Part shown: piece by piece, positions 33,774 through 44,398 of the stretch
Numbering within the stretch: the first letter of the stretch is position 1
Layout of the letters: the number at the start of each line of letters is the position of its first letter
Position numbers and translations under genes: made by a program
Source: Bacteroidota bacterium
GTDB taxonomy: Bacteria > Bacteroidota > Bacteroidia > JABEUT01
Length of the DNA stretch: 57,602 nucleotides
Assembly: GCA_013289395.1 (NCBI GenBank)
Contig: JABCZY010000002.1
Span: 1-57,602, forward strand
Direction of reading: 5' to 3'
Notes under the pieces: model-generated
The model's input: only the letters and a program-made list of their open reading frames with translations
Database searches by the model: none
Told to the model about the DNA's origin: nothing

Positions 33774-36491
33774 ATGGCAGAAGGCAAACATAGGTTAAGT
33801 AAAGTAGCAAAAGATCTCGGTGTAGGTATTGGGACAATTACCGATTTCCTGAAAACGCAGGGAATAAGTGTGGACACAAACCCCAACGCTAAAATTACCG
33901 ATGAGCAGTACGATGCTGTTCTTAAAGAGTTTGCAGGCGATAAAAAAGTAAGAGAAGAGGCGAAACAAATGCAAACCGAAAAGGTTGTCGCTGTTCCTGA
34001 ACCTGTAGTGGTAAAAGAAGCACCTGCTCCTGTTAAGAAAAAAGCTCCTGAACCTATAGTGGTGAAAGAAGCACCTGTTGTTGAAGCCAGGCCTAAAATA
34101 AAGATCGAAGAGCCTAAGATTATTAGTAAGATAGATATTGATGCTATTAATCCTCCTAAAAAAGGCCGTGGTAAAAAGAGTGCAGAAGAAAAACCGGTTG
34201 AAAAAGAGGTTGAAGCTGAGGCACCAAAGAAAGGGAAAAAGAAAACAGAAGAACCTGCTACACCTGTAGTAGAAGTTCCTCCGGTAGCACCTGAAGCACC
34301 TGCACCGGTAGAAAAACAAGCGGTACCCGGAGACAATTTTGTGCCTACGCAATATGGTAAGCTTGAAGGCCCAACTATTATTGGCAAAATAGATCTTCCT
34401 CAAAAGCCTATAGCTTCATCCAATACAGGTGCTGCATCAAAGGATCAGAACAAAAAGAGAAAGAGAATATTTAAAAAAGAGTTCAGTCGCGAGGATGTAG
34501 GACAACAATCTACAAACAACCCTCCGCCACCGCCTAGGAAACCAGGAAGTGGAGGTGGGCCAAGGCACAATGAACCACGTGCCCCATTGACCGATGAAGA
34601 AATTCAGGCACAGATAAAAGAAACCCTTGCACGTTTAAGTGGCCAGGGCAATAAATCGAAAGCAGCTAAGTACCGCCGTCAAAAACGCGACCTGATAAGC
34701 GAAAAAATGCAGCAGGAAGCGGAAAAGATGGAACAGGACAAGAAGACCATTAAGGTTACCGAGTTCGTTTCTGCAAATGAATTAGCCAAGATGATGAACA
34801 TACCTATACAGGATATTATTTCTACCTGTATGAGTTTGGGCTTGTTCGTATCTATCAACCAACGCCTTGATGCTGAAACTATAACTATAGTAGCACAGGA
34901 ATTTGGCTTTGAAGTAGAATTTGTGAGTGTTGATGTACAGGAAGCAATTAAAATAGAAGAAGATACTCCTGACCAGCTTTTACCACGTTCACCTATTGTT
35001 ACAGTAATGGGTCACGTAGATCATGGTAAAACATCGTTACTTGACTATATACGTAAAACAAACGTTATTGCAGGTGAAGCGGGTGGTATCACTCAGCACA
35101 TTGGTGCATATAACGTTACATTAGAGAACGGTAAAAAAATCACCTTCCTTGATACACCGGGTCACGAAGCGTTTACCGCTATGCGTGCACGTGGTGCGCA
35201 AGCAACCGACGTTGCCATTATTGTGGTAGCGGCCGATGATGGTGTTATGCCTCAAACAACTGAAGCTATTAATCACGCACAAGCTGCGGGTGTACCAATG
35301 GTATTTGCAATAAATAAAATTGATAAGCCCGGAGCTAACCCTAATAAAATTAAGGAAGCCCTCGCAGGTATGAATATACTTGTGGAAGACTGGGGTGGAA
35401 AATTCCAGTGCCAGGAAATATCTGCAAAGAAAGGAACAGGAATAAATGAACTACTTGAAAAAGTATTGCTTGAGGCAGAATTACTTGACCTGAAAGCAAA
35501 TCCGAATAAACGTGCCAATGGTATTGTTATTGAATCGGCCCTGGATAAGGGTAAGGGTTATGTAACTACTATTTTGGTTGAAGGCGGATCATTAAAAGTT
35601 GGTGATGTAATTGTTGCAGGTTGCTATAACGGTAAGGTAAAAGCTATGCACAACGAACGTAGCCAGCCTATAGAAACTGCAACTCCTGCTATGCCGGCTT
35701 TAATACTTGGTTTAGATGGTGCACCTCAGGCAGGTGACCAGTTCCACGTAGTAGAAAGTGAATCGGAAGCACGTGAAATTGCGAACAAACGTTTACAATT
35801 GCAACGTGAGCAAGGTTTAAAGACCAAGAAACATATTACGCTTGATGAGATCGGAAGGCGTTTGGCTATAGGTGACTTTAAAGAACTGAATGTTATTGTG
35901 AAAGGTGACTTTGACGGTTCTATTGAAGCATTATGCGATTCGTTATTAAAACTTTCAAGCACGAAAATATCTGTAAACATTGTACACAAAGGTGTAGGTG
36001 CTATTACTGAATCTGATGTGTTATTGGCTTCTGCATCTAACGCAATTATATTAGGTTTCCAGGTAAGGCCTTCAGTAAGTGCGCGTAAGTTGGCTGAACA
36101 GGAACAGATCGATATTCGCCTCTACTCTATCATATACAATGCAATTGAAGAGGTGAAAGCCGCTATGGAGGGTATGTTAAGCCCTGAAGTGCAGGAAAAA
36201 GTTACCTGTAACCTTGAAGTTCGCGGAGTATTTGATGTGTCGAAAGTAGGAACAGTAGCTGGTTGTATGGTACTTAACGGAAAAGTTACCCGCAATACCA
36301 AGATACGTATTATACGTGATGGTATTGTATTGCATACCGGCGAATTAGGTTCACTGAAGCGCTTTAAAGACGATGTGAAGGAAGTAGTATCGGGTTATGA
36401 ATGCGGATTGAATATCGAGAAGTTCAACGATATTAAAGTCGGCGACATAATTGAAGGATACGAAACTGTAGAGGTAAAAGCGAAACTATAA
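33774..36491 (+). CDS. infB: Translation initiation factor IF-2
   Basis: G domain [29 protein letters not shown]. Lys/Pro/Glu-rich repetitive N-terminal region. C-terminal beta-barrel domains. Confidence 0.95.
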   Translation: MAEGKHRLSKVAKDLGVGIGTITDFLKTQGISVDTNPNAKITDEQYDAVLKEFAGDKKVREEAKQMQTEKVVAVPEPVVVKEAPAPVKKKAPEPIVVKEAPVVEARPKIKIEEPKIISKIDIDAINPPKKGRGKKSAEEKPVEKEVEAEAPKKGKKKTEEPATPVVEVPPVAPEAPAPVEKQAVPGDNFVPTQYGKLEGPTIIGKIDLPQKPIASSNTGAASKDQNKKRKRIFKKEFSREDVGQQSTNNPPPPPRKPGSGGGPRHNEPRAPLTDEEIQAQIKETLARLSGQGNKSKAAKYRRQKRDLISEKMQQEAEKMEQDKKTIKVTEFVSANELAKMMNIPIQDIISTCMSLGLFVSINQRLDAETITIVAQEFGFEVEFVSVDVQEAIKIEEDTPDQLLPRSPIVTVMGHVDHGKTSLLDYIRKTNVIAGEAGGITQHIGAYNVTLENGKKITFLDTPGHEAFTAMRARGAQATDVAIIVVAADDGVMPQTTEAINHAQAAGVPMVFAINKIDKPGANPNKIKEALAGMNILVEDWGGKFQCQEISAKKGTGINELLEKVLLEAELLDLKANPNKRANGIVIESALDKGKGYVTTILVEGGSLKVGDVIVAGCYNGKVKAMHNERSQPIETATPAMPALILGLDGAPQAGDQFHVVESESEAREIANKRLQLQREQGLKTKKHITLDEIGRRLAIGDFKELNVIVKGDFDGSIEALCDSLLKLSSTKISVNIVHKGVGAITESDVLLASASNAIILGFQVRPSVSARKLAEQEQIDIRLYSIIYNAIEEVKAAMEGMLSPEVQEKVTCNLEVRGVFDVSKVGTVAGCMVLNGKVTRNTKIRIIRDGIVLHTGELGSLKRFKDDVKEVVSGYECGLNIEKFNDIKVGDIIEGYETVEVKAKL

Positions 36492-36506
36492 GCTTCCTTA
36501 ATTCTC

Positions 36507-37154
36507 ATGGATTCTTCTGCATTACTTCAACGATACAAATCGGTGTGTGAAAGCATACCCGCACATGTAACATTGGTAGCAGTATCTAAATTCCAACCAG
36601 TAGAAGCATTACAAACTATTTATACTGCCGGGCAACGTGTTTTTGGTGAGAACCGTGTACAGGAATTAGTGGAGAAAAAACCGCAACTGCCCGATGATAT
36701 TCAATGGCACTGTATTGGTACGCTACAAACCAATAAGGTAAAATACATTGCTCCCTTCGTATCACTAATTCATTCTATCGATAGCTTTAAGCTATTGGCT
36801 GAAGTTGATAAACAAGCCAGGAAAAATAATAGGGTTATTGAATGCTTGCTTGAAATGTTCATTGCACAGGAAGAAAGCAAACACGGGCTTACGGAGCAAG
36901 AAGCAGAAGAGATTCTTACAACTGCTTCCGCATTAACCAATGTAAAAATTGTGGGCTTAATGGGCATGGCAACCAATACGGCTGATGCAGAACACATACG
37001 TAAAGAGTTTCGCGAGTTATCGGCTTTCTATAAAAAACTGGAAAAGCAGCACAATTTCAAATACCTTTCAATGGGCATGAGTGGAGATTACAAAATAGCT
37101 ATTGAAGAGGGCAGCAATATGGTAAGGGTGGGTAGTTCTATTTTCAAGGGCTAA
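36507..37154 (+). CDS. yggS: YggS-family pyridoxal-phosphate homeostasis protein
   Basis: LVAVSKFQP (PLP Lys), [36 protein letters not shown]. Confidence 0.85.
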   Translation: MDSSALLQRYKSVCESIPAHVTLVAVSKFQPVEALQTIYTAGQRVFGENRVQELVEKKPQLPDDIQWHCIGTLQTNKVKYIAPFVSLIHSIDSFKLLAEVDKQARKNNRVIECLLEMFIAQEESKHGLTEQEAEEILTTASALTNVKIVGLMGMATNTADAEHIRKEFRELSAFYKKLEKQHNFKYLSMGMSGDYKIAIEEGSNMVRVGSSIFKG

Positions 37155-37176
37155 GAAACAGTATATTTGTTTTGAA

Positions 37177-38424
37177 ATGAATTCAGCTCAGATAAGAGAA
37201 AACATACGGATCTCATTAAGTTCCATTGCGAGCCAAAAGCTACGCACCTTTCTTACTATGCTGATCATTGCCATTGGTATTTTTTCGTTGGTAGGCATTC
37301 TAACTTCTATTGATGCAATGAAAGAGGCTATTAACAGCAACTTTGCCAGCATGGGTGCCAATACGTTTACCATAAAAAACCACGATTCATTTATTCACGT
37401 TGGCAAAGGCGGTAAAAAACCTAAAATATATAAGAACATTTCGTACGAAGATGCCAAGTCCTTTGTGGACCAGTATTCTTTCCCGGCAACGGCTTCTATA
37501 AGCACAGTTGCAAGTAATATTGCCACATTAAAATATGGCACAGAAAAAACCAATCCGAATATAGAGATTGATGGCTCTGACGAAAACTACATGACAACAT
37601 CAGGCTATGACCTGAGTAAAGGAAGGAATTTTTCGAAAGAAGAAGTTACGGATGGCAGAAAGGTTATTATACTGGGGCAGGAAGTAGTTGGTGATTTATT
37701 TAAAAAGCATGAAGACCCGATAGGCAAAGTAATTACTGTAGGTAACGGTGGCGACTTTAAGATAATTGGTGTTTTCAGTTCTAAGGGCAATGGCTTTGGT
37801 TTTGGTGGTGACAGGGTTGTAGTTGTTCCTGTTAATGTGGCCCGTGCTATTCCGGATATCGGTTCCATGACATTCAGGGTAAGCGTTAGAGTTAATAGCC
37901 AGAACCAAATGGACGCTGCAACAAGTGAAGCAACAGGTTTATTCAGGATAATACGCGATGTGCCTTTAGGCAAGGACGATAATTTTGCCATTGCAAAGAG
38001 TGATGACTTTGCCAATACATTAATAGGTTTAATGTCGAAGGCAACCATAGGAGCCTTGGTGCTGGGTATAATAACTATGCTCGGGGCAGTTATCGGGTTA
38101 ATGAATATTATGTTGGTTTCGGTTACTGAACGTACTACCGAAATAGGCATCCGGAAAGCGATTGGCGCTACCAAAAACTTTATACGAAATCAATTCCTTA
38201 TTGAAGCCGTTGTAATTTCGCAACTAGGCGGGCTAATTGGTATTTTGCTTGGCATTTTAGGTGGTAATATGCTGGCCCTGATGTTTGGCGTTGGTTTTAT
38301 AATTCCCTGGGTTTGGATATTTACCGGTGTTACCATCTGCTTTATTGTAGGGGTAATTTCAGGTGTATACCCTGCCATTAAAGCATCGAGGTTAGACCCT
38401 ATAGAAGCGTTGCGGCATGAGTAA
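37177..38424 (+). CDS. ABC transporter permease, MacB/FtsX-like (MacB periplasmic domain plus FtsX 4-TM domain)
   Basis: N-terminal TM helix, ~250-aa extracytoplasmic domain, and C-terminal [27 protein letters not shown] with three TM helices. Confidence 0.85.
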   Translation: MNSAQIRENIRISLSSIASQKLRTFLTMLIIAIGIFSLVGILTSIDAMKEAINSNFASMGANTFTIKNHDSFIHVGKGGKKPKIYKNISYEDAKSFVDQYSFPATASISTVASNIATLKYGTEKTNPNIEIDGSDENYMTTSGYDLSKGRNFSKEEVTDGRKVIILGQEVVGDLFKKHEDPIGKVITVGNGGDFKIIGVFSSKGNGFGFGGDRVVVVPVNVARAIPDIGSMTFRVSVRVNSQNQMDAATSEATGLFRIIRDVPLGKDDNFAIAKSDDFANTLIGLMSKATIGALVLGIITMLGAVIGLMNIMLVSVTERTTEIGIRKAIGATKNFIRNQFLIEAVVISQLGGLIGILLGILGGNMLALMFGVGFIIPWVWIFTGVTICFIVGVISGVYPAIKASRLDPIEALRHE

Positions 38425-38519
38425 AAATCTTTTTAAGGAGATGTATGCAAAGTATGGCAAATACTTTCCTGCTGATCTTTGGGCATTCCTCATTATAATC
38501 ATCACGATTATAATTGCTG

Positions 38520-39170
38520 CTATTTTTGTTTTGTAGAATGGATTTTATAATACTTGCACCATTGCGATATACCGCACTTATCGCACAATGGTTTTCGTGC
38601 AAGGCATACGTACCTGCCATGCAAAATTAGCCAGTGATGAGCCAAGGGTATTTTTTCTTCCGGAATATGTTTTATCAATTGCATTTCGGTTTGCAAGGGA
38701 TTCTTTGCATTTGTAGTTAACCCTATTCTTGCTGCTACCCTGAAAACGTGCGTATCTACAGCCATGGCTGGCTTATTATATACCACAGAGGCAATTACAT
38801 TGGCTGTCTTACGCCCAACCCCGGGGATGGTGGTGAGCTCCTCAATAGTAGAAGGCACTTCACCTTTGAACTTATCTATTAACACCTTTGAACCATTTAC
38901 AAGGTAACCGGCTTTGCTATTCGGGTAACTAATGCTTTTTATATATTCTCTTACCTCATCAATATCTGCCTCAGCCATTTTTTTTGCTGTAGGGAATCGA
39001 TGAAAAAGTTCGGGCGTAACCATATTTACACGCTTATCGGTACACTGTGCAGAAAGTATCACTGCTACAAGTAATTCAAACGGATTACCGTAATGCAACT
39101 CAGTGGCTGCATTGGGCTGGTGAGCCTGGAAATAGTCAATAATATGACGGAAGAGTTCTTCTTTCTTCAT
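38520..39170 (-). CDS. nth: Endonuclease III (DNA glycosylase/AP lyase)
   Basis: ELLVAVILSAQCTD, HhH-GPD segment IPGVGRKTANV, catalytic-region AVDTHVFRV, and the C-terminal Fe-S cluster CLARKPLCDKCGISQWC. Confidence 0.9.
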   Translation of the reverse strand: MKKEELFRHIIDYFQAHQPNAATELHYGNPFELLVAVILSAQCTDKRVNMVTPELFHRFPTAKKMAEADIDEVREYIKSISYPNSKAGYLVNGSKVLIDKFKGEVPSTIEELTTIPGVGRKTANVIASVVYNKPAMAVDTHVFRVAARIGLTTNAKNPLQTEMQLIKHIPEEKIPLAHHWLILHGRYVCLARKPLCDKCGISQWCKYYKIHSTKQK

Positions 39171-39233
39171 GAACAATAGTCTGATTGGCAAAGCTATAAA
39201 GCCTTACATTATCAGGTAGCTTAGAACCGATAA

Positions 39234-39434
39234 TTAGTTAGCTACGTATTCAATAAAGCTTTCCCCGTCAGCCTTTGGTTCAATATGCAATGCCTTTGAG
39301 AAATTTAAAATATTCTCAATGACCCTGCTTGAAGGTTCAGCTTGCTCCCCGCTATTTTTCTTCGCAGAATTGAGGGAAACAGGAATGTCCTGCTCCGTGT
39401 TGGAGTGAATAAAAGAAGTAGTATTTTTTTGCAT
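39234..39434 (-). CDS. Hypothetical protein (66 aa from the ATG at 39434)
   Basis: Open frame only; no recognisable domain, signal peptide or TM helix. Confidence 0.3.
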   Translation of the reverse strand: MQKNTTSFIHSNTEQDIPVSLNSAKKNSGEQAEPSSRVIENILNFSKALHIEPKADGESFIEYVAN

Positions 39435-39584
39435 ATACCATATTGGTTTTTGATTGTTATAATATCTTAAACGGAAGATTCTCATATTTATTATGTATTG
39501 TCCTAAAATACCTTTTCATCATATTTCCGCTTTACAATAAAACGTGTTTAGACTTTGAATATTGCCTGCAATATTTGCTCCATT

Positions 39585-39677
39585 CATGGCTAAAGCCTAT
39601 GTTAATGTATTTTATGGTAAACCCCACCTTTAAAGGTGGGGTTATTTGCATGCCAATGTTTTAAGGCTTTAGCCATG
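39585..39677. repeat. Nested perfect palindromes: a 13-bp outer inverted repeat enclosing a 7-bp GC hairpin
   Basis: CATGGCTAAAGCC (39585-39597) and GGCTTTAGCCATG (39665-39677) are exact reverse complements. Inside them, CCCCACC-TTTAAA-GGTGGGG (39622-39641) is followed by TTATTT. Confidence 0.6.
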
Positions 39678-39743
39678 ACACATGGTTCGAGTAGTTGATT
39701 GTAATTATTTGATTATTAACACATTACTGCACAATATAGTTAT

Positions 39744-39769
39744 AAAAAAAGCCCGGGTAAACCGGGCTT
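39744..39769 (-). terminator. Rho-independent terminator of the sigma-factor gene
   Basis: The minus strand reads AGCCCGGTTTACCCGGGCT followed by a T-run, ~25 nt after the stop codon at 39792. Confidence 0.7.
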
Positions 39770-39791
39770 TCTCTCATCATGAAACATAAAC

Positions 39792-40388
39792 CTAAACAGT
39801 AAGTGCAACCTGGTGCTCCTCGGCCAAGCGGCGAAGGTTTATAAGTGCATAGCGCATGCGGCCCAATGCAGTATTGATGCTTACATTGGTATGATCGGCT
39901 ATTTCTTTAAAGCTCATATCATAGTAGTGGCGAAGTATTACCACTTCCTTTTGCTCTTGCGGCAAATGCTCTACCAGTTTACGGATATCCTTGCGGATCT
40001 GGCTCTTTATTAAGGTGTCTTCGTGAGAGTGGTCTTCTATCTTAACCACATCAAACACATCAACTACCTTACCATCGGGCCTTACAATTTTGCTTATGGT
40101 AGATATCTTTCCGTTCTGGCGGAAATAGTCAATGGTTAAGTTATGCGCGATCCGAACCACCCACTGAATGAATTTTCCCTCGCTATTGTACTGCTTCTTT
40201 TTAAGTGTACGAATAACTTTAAAAAAAGTCTCCTGGAAAATGTCTTCAGCAACTTCGCGGTTGCGTACTACGTTTAAAATGTATGTGTAAACACGTTTTT
40301 TATAACGTTTAAGAAGTTCGGCCATAGCCTCTTCTTCTCCACCCTGATACTGACGAATAAGATCGTCATCGTCAACAAACTGCTCCAT
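39792..40388 (-). CDS. Sigma-70 family RNA polymerase sigma factor (ECF-type, regions 2 and 4 only)
   Basis: Region 2: VAEDIFQETFFKVIR, IAHNLTIDYFR. Region 4 HTH: MSFKEIADHTNVSINTALGRMRYAL. Confidence 0.85.
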   Translation of the reverse strand: MEQFVDDDDLIRQYQGGEEEAMAELLKRYKKRVYTYILNVVRNREVAEDIFQETFFKVIRTLKKKQYNSEGKFIQWVVRIAHNLTIDYFRQNGKISTISKIVRPDGKVVDVFDVVKIEDHSHEDTLIKSQIRKDIRKLVEHLPQEQKEVVILRHYYDMSFKEIADHTNVSINTALGRMRYALINLRRLAEEHQVALTV

Positions 40389-40564
40389 GAGATTACTTTT
40401 TTAAAGTTAATTGAGTAGCAGTTTATCTCTATGGGTGTCTGTTTTTTAGATGTTGTTTGTTAGAACAAATGTATGTTAATTCTTGTTAAAAAAGCAGCTG
40501 AGTGGCACTTATTTTCAAAACACGTCTACAACCAGTTGATTTAAAGTGGTTTACAAATATCTAA

Positions 40565-41794
40565 TTAACCTCTCCTTATAAGCCAATCTTCCGGGTTCAG
40601 TTTGTTTTCGTCCTTCCAAAGTTCCAGGTGAAGGTCTGTTTTACCATCTTCATCGTTGAATAATATGGTACCTATCGTTTGCTTGGTAGTAAGGATATCA
40701 CCCGCTTTTACAAACACATCCTTCAGATTCGAATACACACTGAAGTATTCGCCATGCTTAACAATTACCACTTTACCCAACTGAGGCATTTCAGTTACAG
40801 TAGTTACCGTTCCCTGAAAAACAGCCCTTACAACAGCGCCTTTTGTAGTCGAAATATCAACCCCATTATTATTCAGTTCAATACCGGGCATTGGTGAATA
40901 AGGGCCAAAGTGCTTATATATCAAGCCTTCTACAACAGGCCAAGGCAAGCTACCCCTATTGCCTTCAAAGTTTTTCGATAGTGCCTTGGCTTCCGGTGTC
41001 AGGCTCATTTCACTGCCATTGTTCTTCGGATTTTTATGCGCCTTTTCCCGCTCCTTATTCATTTCATCAGCAATAATTTTATGTATCGCTTCATCTAATT
41101 TCTTAGCAGCTTTCTGTTTCACTGCAATTTGCTTTTTAAGCTCCTTCTCTTTCCCCTGAAGCTTTACAAAGGCTTTCTGTTGCTCTTCTTTTTCTTTAGT
41201 AAGCTCCTGTTTCTCTGATTCCTCATTAGCCAATAACTCCTTCTTCTCGTCTTTCTTCTTTTGTAAACGCTGCACCTGTTCATTTAAATCCTTCCGGGTA
41301 GAATCTATCATTATTGCCTCCTTATGTTCATATTCCTCATATTCTTCAAGATAATGCATACGCAATACAGCCTGCTCAAAATCCTTTGCAGCAAAAATGA
41401 ACATGAGTTTATTATAAGCGCCTTGGTTTCTGTATGCATCACAAATCATCCGGGCATACTCTTTCTTTAGTTCACCCAGCCTGCCACCCATTACGCCAAT
41501 GGAATCGTTTCCATCTTCTATTTGCTTCTGAAGAATTTCAACCTCACTTTGCATGGTGGCAATAATTTCCTCGCGAACACTTATTCGCTTGTTCAGGGTA
41601 AGAAGTTCGTTGAGTGTGATCTCTTTATTAACGTTCACGTCCTTAAGCGACTTATTGAGGGAAGCCATTTCCTCCATCAGCTTCTTTTTCTTTTCCTCAA
41701 GGTCTTTACGGTCTTTTTGCGCATAAAGCGGTGCCGAGAAAACAAGAAGTAAAAGGATCCAGAATATGCTATTTCTTATACTGTATGCGCTCAT
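40565..41794 (-). CDS. EnvC-like murein hydrolase activator: coiled coil plus a degenerate M23/LytM domain
   Basis: ATG at 41794 gives MSAYSIRNSIFWILLLLVFSAPLYAQ. Long Lys/Glu heptad-like region. The C-terminal LytM fold has the metal and catalytic His positions replaced: NNGVDI instead of HxGxDI, YSNL instead of YxHL, DLHLE instead of HLHFE. Confidence 0.8.
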   Translation of the reverse strand: MSAYSIRNSIFWILLLLVFSAPLYAQKDRKDLEEKKKKLMEEMASLNKSLKDVNVNKEITLNELLTLNKRISVREEIIATMQSEVEILQKQIEDGNDSIGVMGGRLGELKKEYARMICDAYRNQGAYNKLMFIFAAKDFEQAVLRMHYLEEYEEYEHKEAIMIDSTRKDLNEQVQRLQKKKDEKKELLANEESEKQELTKEKEEQQKAFVKLQGKEKELKKQIAVKQKAAKKLDEAIHKIIADEMNKEREKAHKNPKNNGSEMSLTPEAKALSKNFEGNRGSLPWPVVEGLIYKHFGPYSPMPGIELNNNGVDISTTKGAVVRAVFQGTVTTVTEMPQLGKVVIVKHGEYFSVYSNLKDVFVKAGDILTTKQTIGTILFNDEDGKTDLHLELWKDENKLNPEDWLIRRG

Positions 41795-42617
41795 ACTTGG
41801 GGAGGATATTGAATGGTGTTTCCTCCTGCGTTTTGAAATATACTTTTTTATATTGTAAGTCAATCTTTATGGTCTTTTCAGCTGATATTACGTATTGAAT
41901 ATGCGTAGGGAACATCACTGAATCGACCTGTTGAAAATCGGTATAAAATGCATCCAACGTACGGTGATTTACAAAATCTTCTACACGTATCCTGTTAATA
42001 TGATAGTCTTTTTTATCGAACCATATGAACTGAACATCGTTCTTGGTACGGATGTTAAGGTTATGGAACAATATCCTTTTTAGTTGCCTGCGTGCCACCG
42101 TACTCAGCAAATATTGTTGCCCATCATAGTACCCTTTCAGCTTGGCAGTATCACTATAAAAGTCAATATTACTCCCTACCATAACAGACTGTATCAATTC
42201 ATAATCTATATCATCATCCAGCAATGAATCTATATAATCGTAATTACCTTTAAAGTACCTGTCGTGTACTTTATCAATAAACATGGCAGTATCTTTATTT
42301 AACAGTACCCTGGCAACCTCAATACCAAGTAATGGGGAAATTGTCATCCATATAATACTATCCTTTCGTATCCTCACCGTTCCGCCGAAAGAAGTAGTTG
42401 AGCTGTCAACAGCAACATCTACTGAAAAATGCGCACTGATCCATTTGTAATCAAATCTGCGCGATTTCAGTTTTGCAAGCAGTACACTTGCATTCTCATG
42501 TTTAAGCCCCGCAGCATTGTAATAAGTCGTTTCAGAGGTCTGGATCTTTCGGGCAGGCTTACACGAAACAAACAGTATTACAGGAACAAAAAACCACAAT
42601 ATTCTCTTTTTAAACAC
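41769..42617 (-). CDS. DUF4292-like lipoprotein (LolA-like fold family)
   Basis: Lipobox LFVSCKP. Its position between a TPR protein and an M23 protein is the conserved Bacteroidota arrangement I recall for DUF4292. Not confirmed by a search. Confidence 0.55.
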   Translation of the reverse strand: MFKKRILWFFVPVILFVSCKPARKIQTSETTYYNAAGLKHENASVLLAKLKSRRFDYKWISAHFSVDVAVDSSTTSFGGTVRIRKDSIIWMTISPLLGIEVARVLLNKDTAMFIDKVHDRYFKGNYDYIDSLLDDDIDYELIQSVMVGSNIDFYSDTAKLKGYYDGQQYLLSTVARRQLKRILFHNLNIRTKNDVQFIWFDKKDYHINRIRVEDFVNHRTLDAFYTDFQQVDSVMFPTHIQYVISAEKTIKIDLQYKKVYFKTQEETPFNILPKYERIQYKK

Positions 42618-42623
42618 TTTAGT

Positions 42624-44387
42624 TTATTTATTGTAAAGTTTTTTGTCTTGTATCTTTCTATTTAATAGATCGCTATTCAGTCCCATTGATTTTGCCTTTT
42701 GCCAATAATCAAGCGCGGTATCCTTATCGCCAACCATATATACTATATCTCCATAGTGATCTAACACGGCAGCATCTTTTTGTCCGCCATGAGCAAGAGA
42801 TTTGTCTTCCCAAATTTTAGCATTCGCATAATTACCTTCTTTATAAAATATCCATGCATAGGTATCGAGATAGGTTCCGTTATCAGGTGAAATATCATTG
42901 GCAAGTTTCGACATTTGTTCAGCCCTTGCCAAATCGGTATCTCTTTCCGACAGGTAATAACTGTAATTATTCAAAATATTATCGTTATTCGGATTTAGCT
43001 TAAGTGCGGCCTCGAAAGCAGAATCTGATGCATTATACCTTTTCAATGAATTGTATACATCGCCTAATGCAGAATAAAATTCGAGCAAAAGTGCATTGTC
43101 ATTTACCACATAATCTACTCCTTTACTTAAAGAAGTAACAGCAAGCGTATAATTTTTCTTTTGGTTATTCGCCACTCCATTAAATAAATAGGCTTGTGGG
43201 TCGTTCGGAAATAATTCCATTGCACTGCTGCTTACTTTTGCAAGGTCGGTAAAATCATTCAGTTGTATATCGCAACCCATAAGCTGGCTCCATATCAGGT
43301 ATTTGCTGCTATCTTCACTAACCGTATACCTGTATTGCTCCCTTGCTTCATTATATGAAGCTTCACGGAAAAGAAAATCACCGTACAGTCTGTGCGCTTC
43401 TGGATTATTAGGATGTGCCTGAACCATAGAGGAACATAATTCCAGCGCCTCTATCTCCAAGCTATCGTGTCCGTTACTTACGGAATTAAAGCTTAATAAT
43501 ATTCTTCGTTTCGAATCTATGTCCATGCCTGGTTCCTTAAAGGCAGCGTCTAACTCTTCAAATGATTTTTTATCATTTTTCTTAGCACGGTAATATTCTG
43601 CCAACGCCAATCTTACAGATGGCTCATGCGGGTAACGTTGTTCTAAACTCTGATAAAGTTTAAACGACTCATCGTGTTTACCTTCCAGGTCATACAGATC
43701 ACCCAATTCAACATAATTCTGTACGTTGGTAGTATCAAACTTTATTAATGATTGTATCTGTGCTTCGGCCTTGGTAAAGTCCTTAACCGTTTCATATAGT
43801 TTTATCTTTTCTTTAGTAATCTCCTCACTGAATCCACCCAATTTCACTTCTACTCTATCATAGGTGTCTGCAGCTTTTTCATATTCTCCCAATTCAATTT
43901 GTGCAAGTGCCAGCTTATAATAATAATCAGTTTCATCCGGATGATTCTTTATTAGCCCTTCATACACTGCCTCCATATCCTTAAACCGGCCTTTATCCTG
44001 CAAGCACTGCGCATATAAGTCCTGGTACCATATGTTTGAGGGATCTATTTGAGCGGCGCGGCCTGCATACACAATTGCAGAGTCAGGCTTTTTGTAGAAT
44101 TCATAAATATCGGCTATCTGAAAATTGGCAGCAGCATTATCAGGTTGTATTTTCAGGCATTGCTTATATACTTCAATTGCCCTGTCGTAATTTCCAAGTA
44201 TGCGTTGCTTGCTTGCCTCATAATAATCTGCCATAACCTCGTCACGGTCATCACGGGTAAGTTCTTTGTGTACAACATTTACTTTGGTAGGAGCTACTGT
44301 CTTTTTTGAAGTTCCGCAAGAATAAAACAGCATTGCAAAAGATGAAATTGCAGCTAACTGAAAACCATATTTGCGAAGCCTTTCCAT
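42624..44387 (-). CDS. Tetratricopeptide-repeat lipoprotein
   Basis: Lipobox LFYSCGT. Repeated 34-aa A/Y/L patterns run throughout (YDRAIEVYKQCLKIQPDN, AIVYAGRAAQIDPSN and similar). Confidence 0.8.
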   Translation of the reverse strand: MERLRKYGFQLAAISSFAMLFYSCGTSKKTVAPTKVNVVHKELTRDDRDEVMADYYEASKQRILGNYDRAIEVYKQCLKIQPDNAAANFQIADIYEFYKKPDSAIVYAGRAAQIDPSNIWYQDLYAQCLQDKGRFKDMEAVYEGLIKNHPDETDYYYKLALAQIELGEYEKAADTYDRVEVKLGGFSEEITKEKIKLYETVKDFTKAEAQIQSLIKFDTTNVQNYVELGDLYDLEGKHDESFKLYQSLEQRYPHEPSVRLALAEYYRAKKNDKKSFEELDAAFKEPGMDIDSKRRILLSFNSVSNGHDSLEIEALELCSSMVQAHPNNPEAHRLYGDFLFREASYNEAREQYRYTVSEDSSKYLIWSQLMGCDIQLNDFTDLAKVSSSAMELFPNDPQAYLFNGVANNQKKNYTLAVTSLSKGVDYVVNDNALLLEFYSALGDVYNSLKRYNASDSAFEAALKLNPNNDNILNNYSYYLSERDTDLARAEQMSKLANDISPDNGTYLDTYAWIFYKEGNYANAKIWEDKSLAHGGQKDAAVLDHYGDIVYMVGDKDTALDYWQKAKSMGLNSDLLNRKIQDKKLYNK

Positions 44388-44398
44388 GGGATTCAGGC

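Noticed and set aside
34000-34090. 45-nt direct repeat (CCTGAACCTRTAGTGGTRAAAGAAGCACCTG occurs twice) in infB
   Set aside because: It is an in-frame duplication encoding [10 protein letters not shown] / [10 protein letters not shown] in the naturally variable, low-complexity N-terminal region of IF-2. This is not a separate element.
33767-34403. Two overlapping ~200-aa minus-strand ORFs in the 5' part of infB
   Set aside because: They lie antisense to the Lys/Glu/Pro/Ala-rich repetitive N-terminal region of IF-2. Such repeats are free of stop codons on the opposite strand. The products are Gly/Ser/Thr/Phe or Arg/Phe low-complexity strings.
37605-38174. 189-aa minus-strand ORF inside the FtsX/MacB permease gene
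   Set aside because: It is the antisense shadow of a CDS with a clear FtsX signature, and it has no recognisable domain.
39443-39664. 73-aa plus-strand ORF across the palindromic spacer
   Set aside because: It uses a non-ATG start in the track, overlaps the start of the minus-strand ORF, and reads through the nested hairpins. Its composition (F, L, Y, C, I rich) is typical of AT-rich non-coding DNA.
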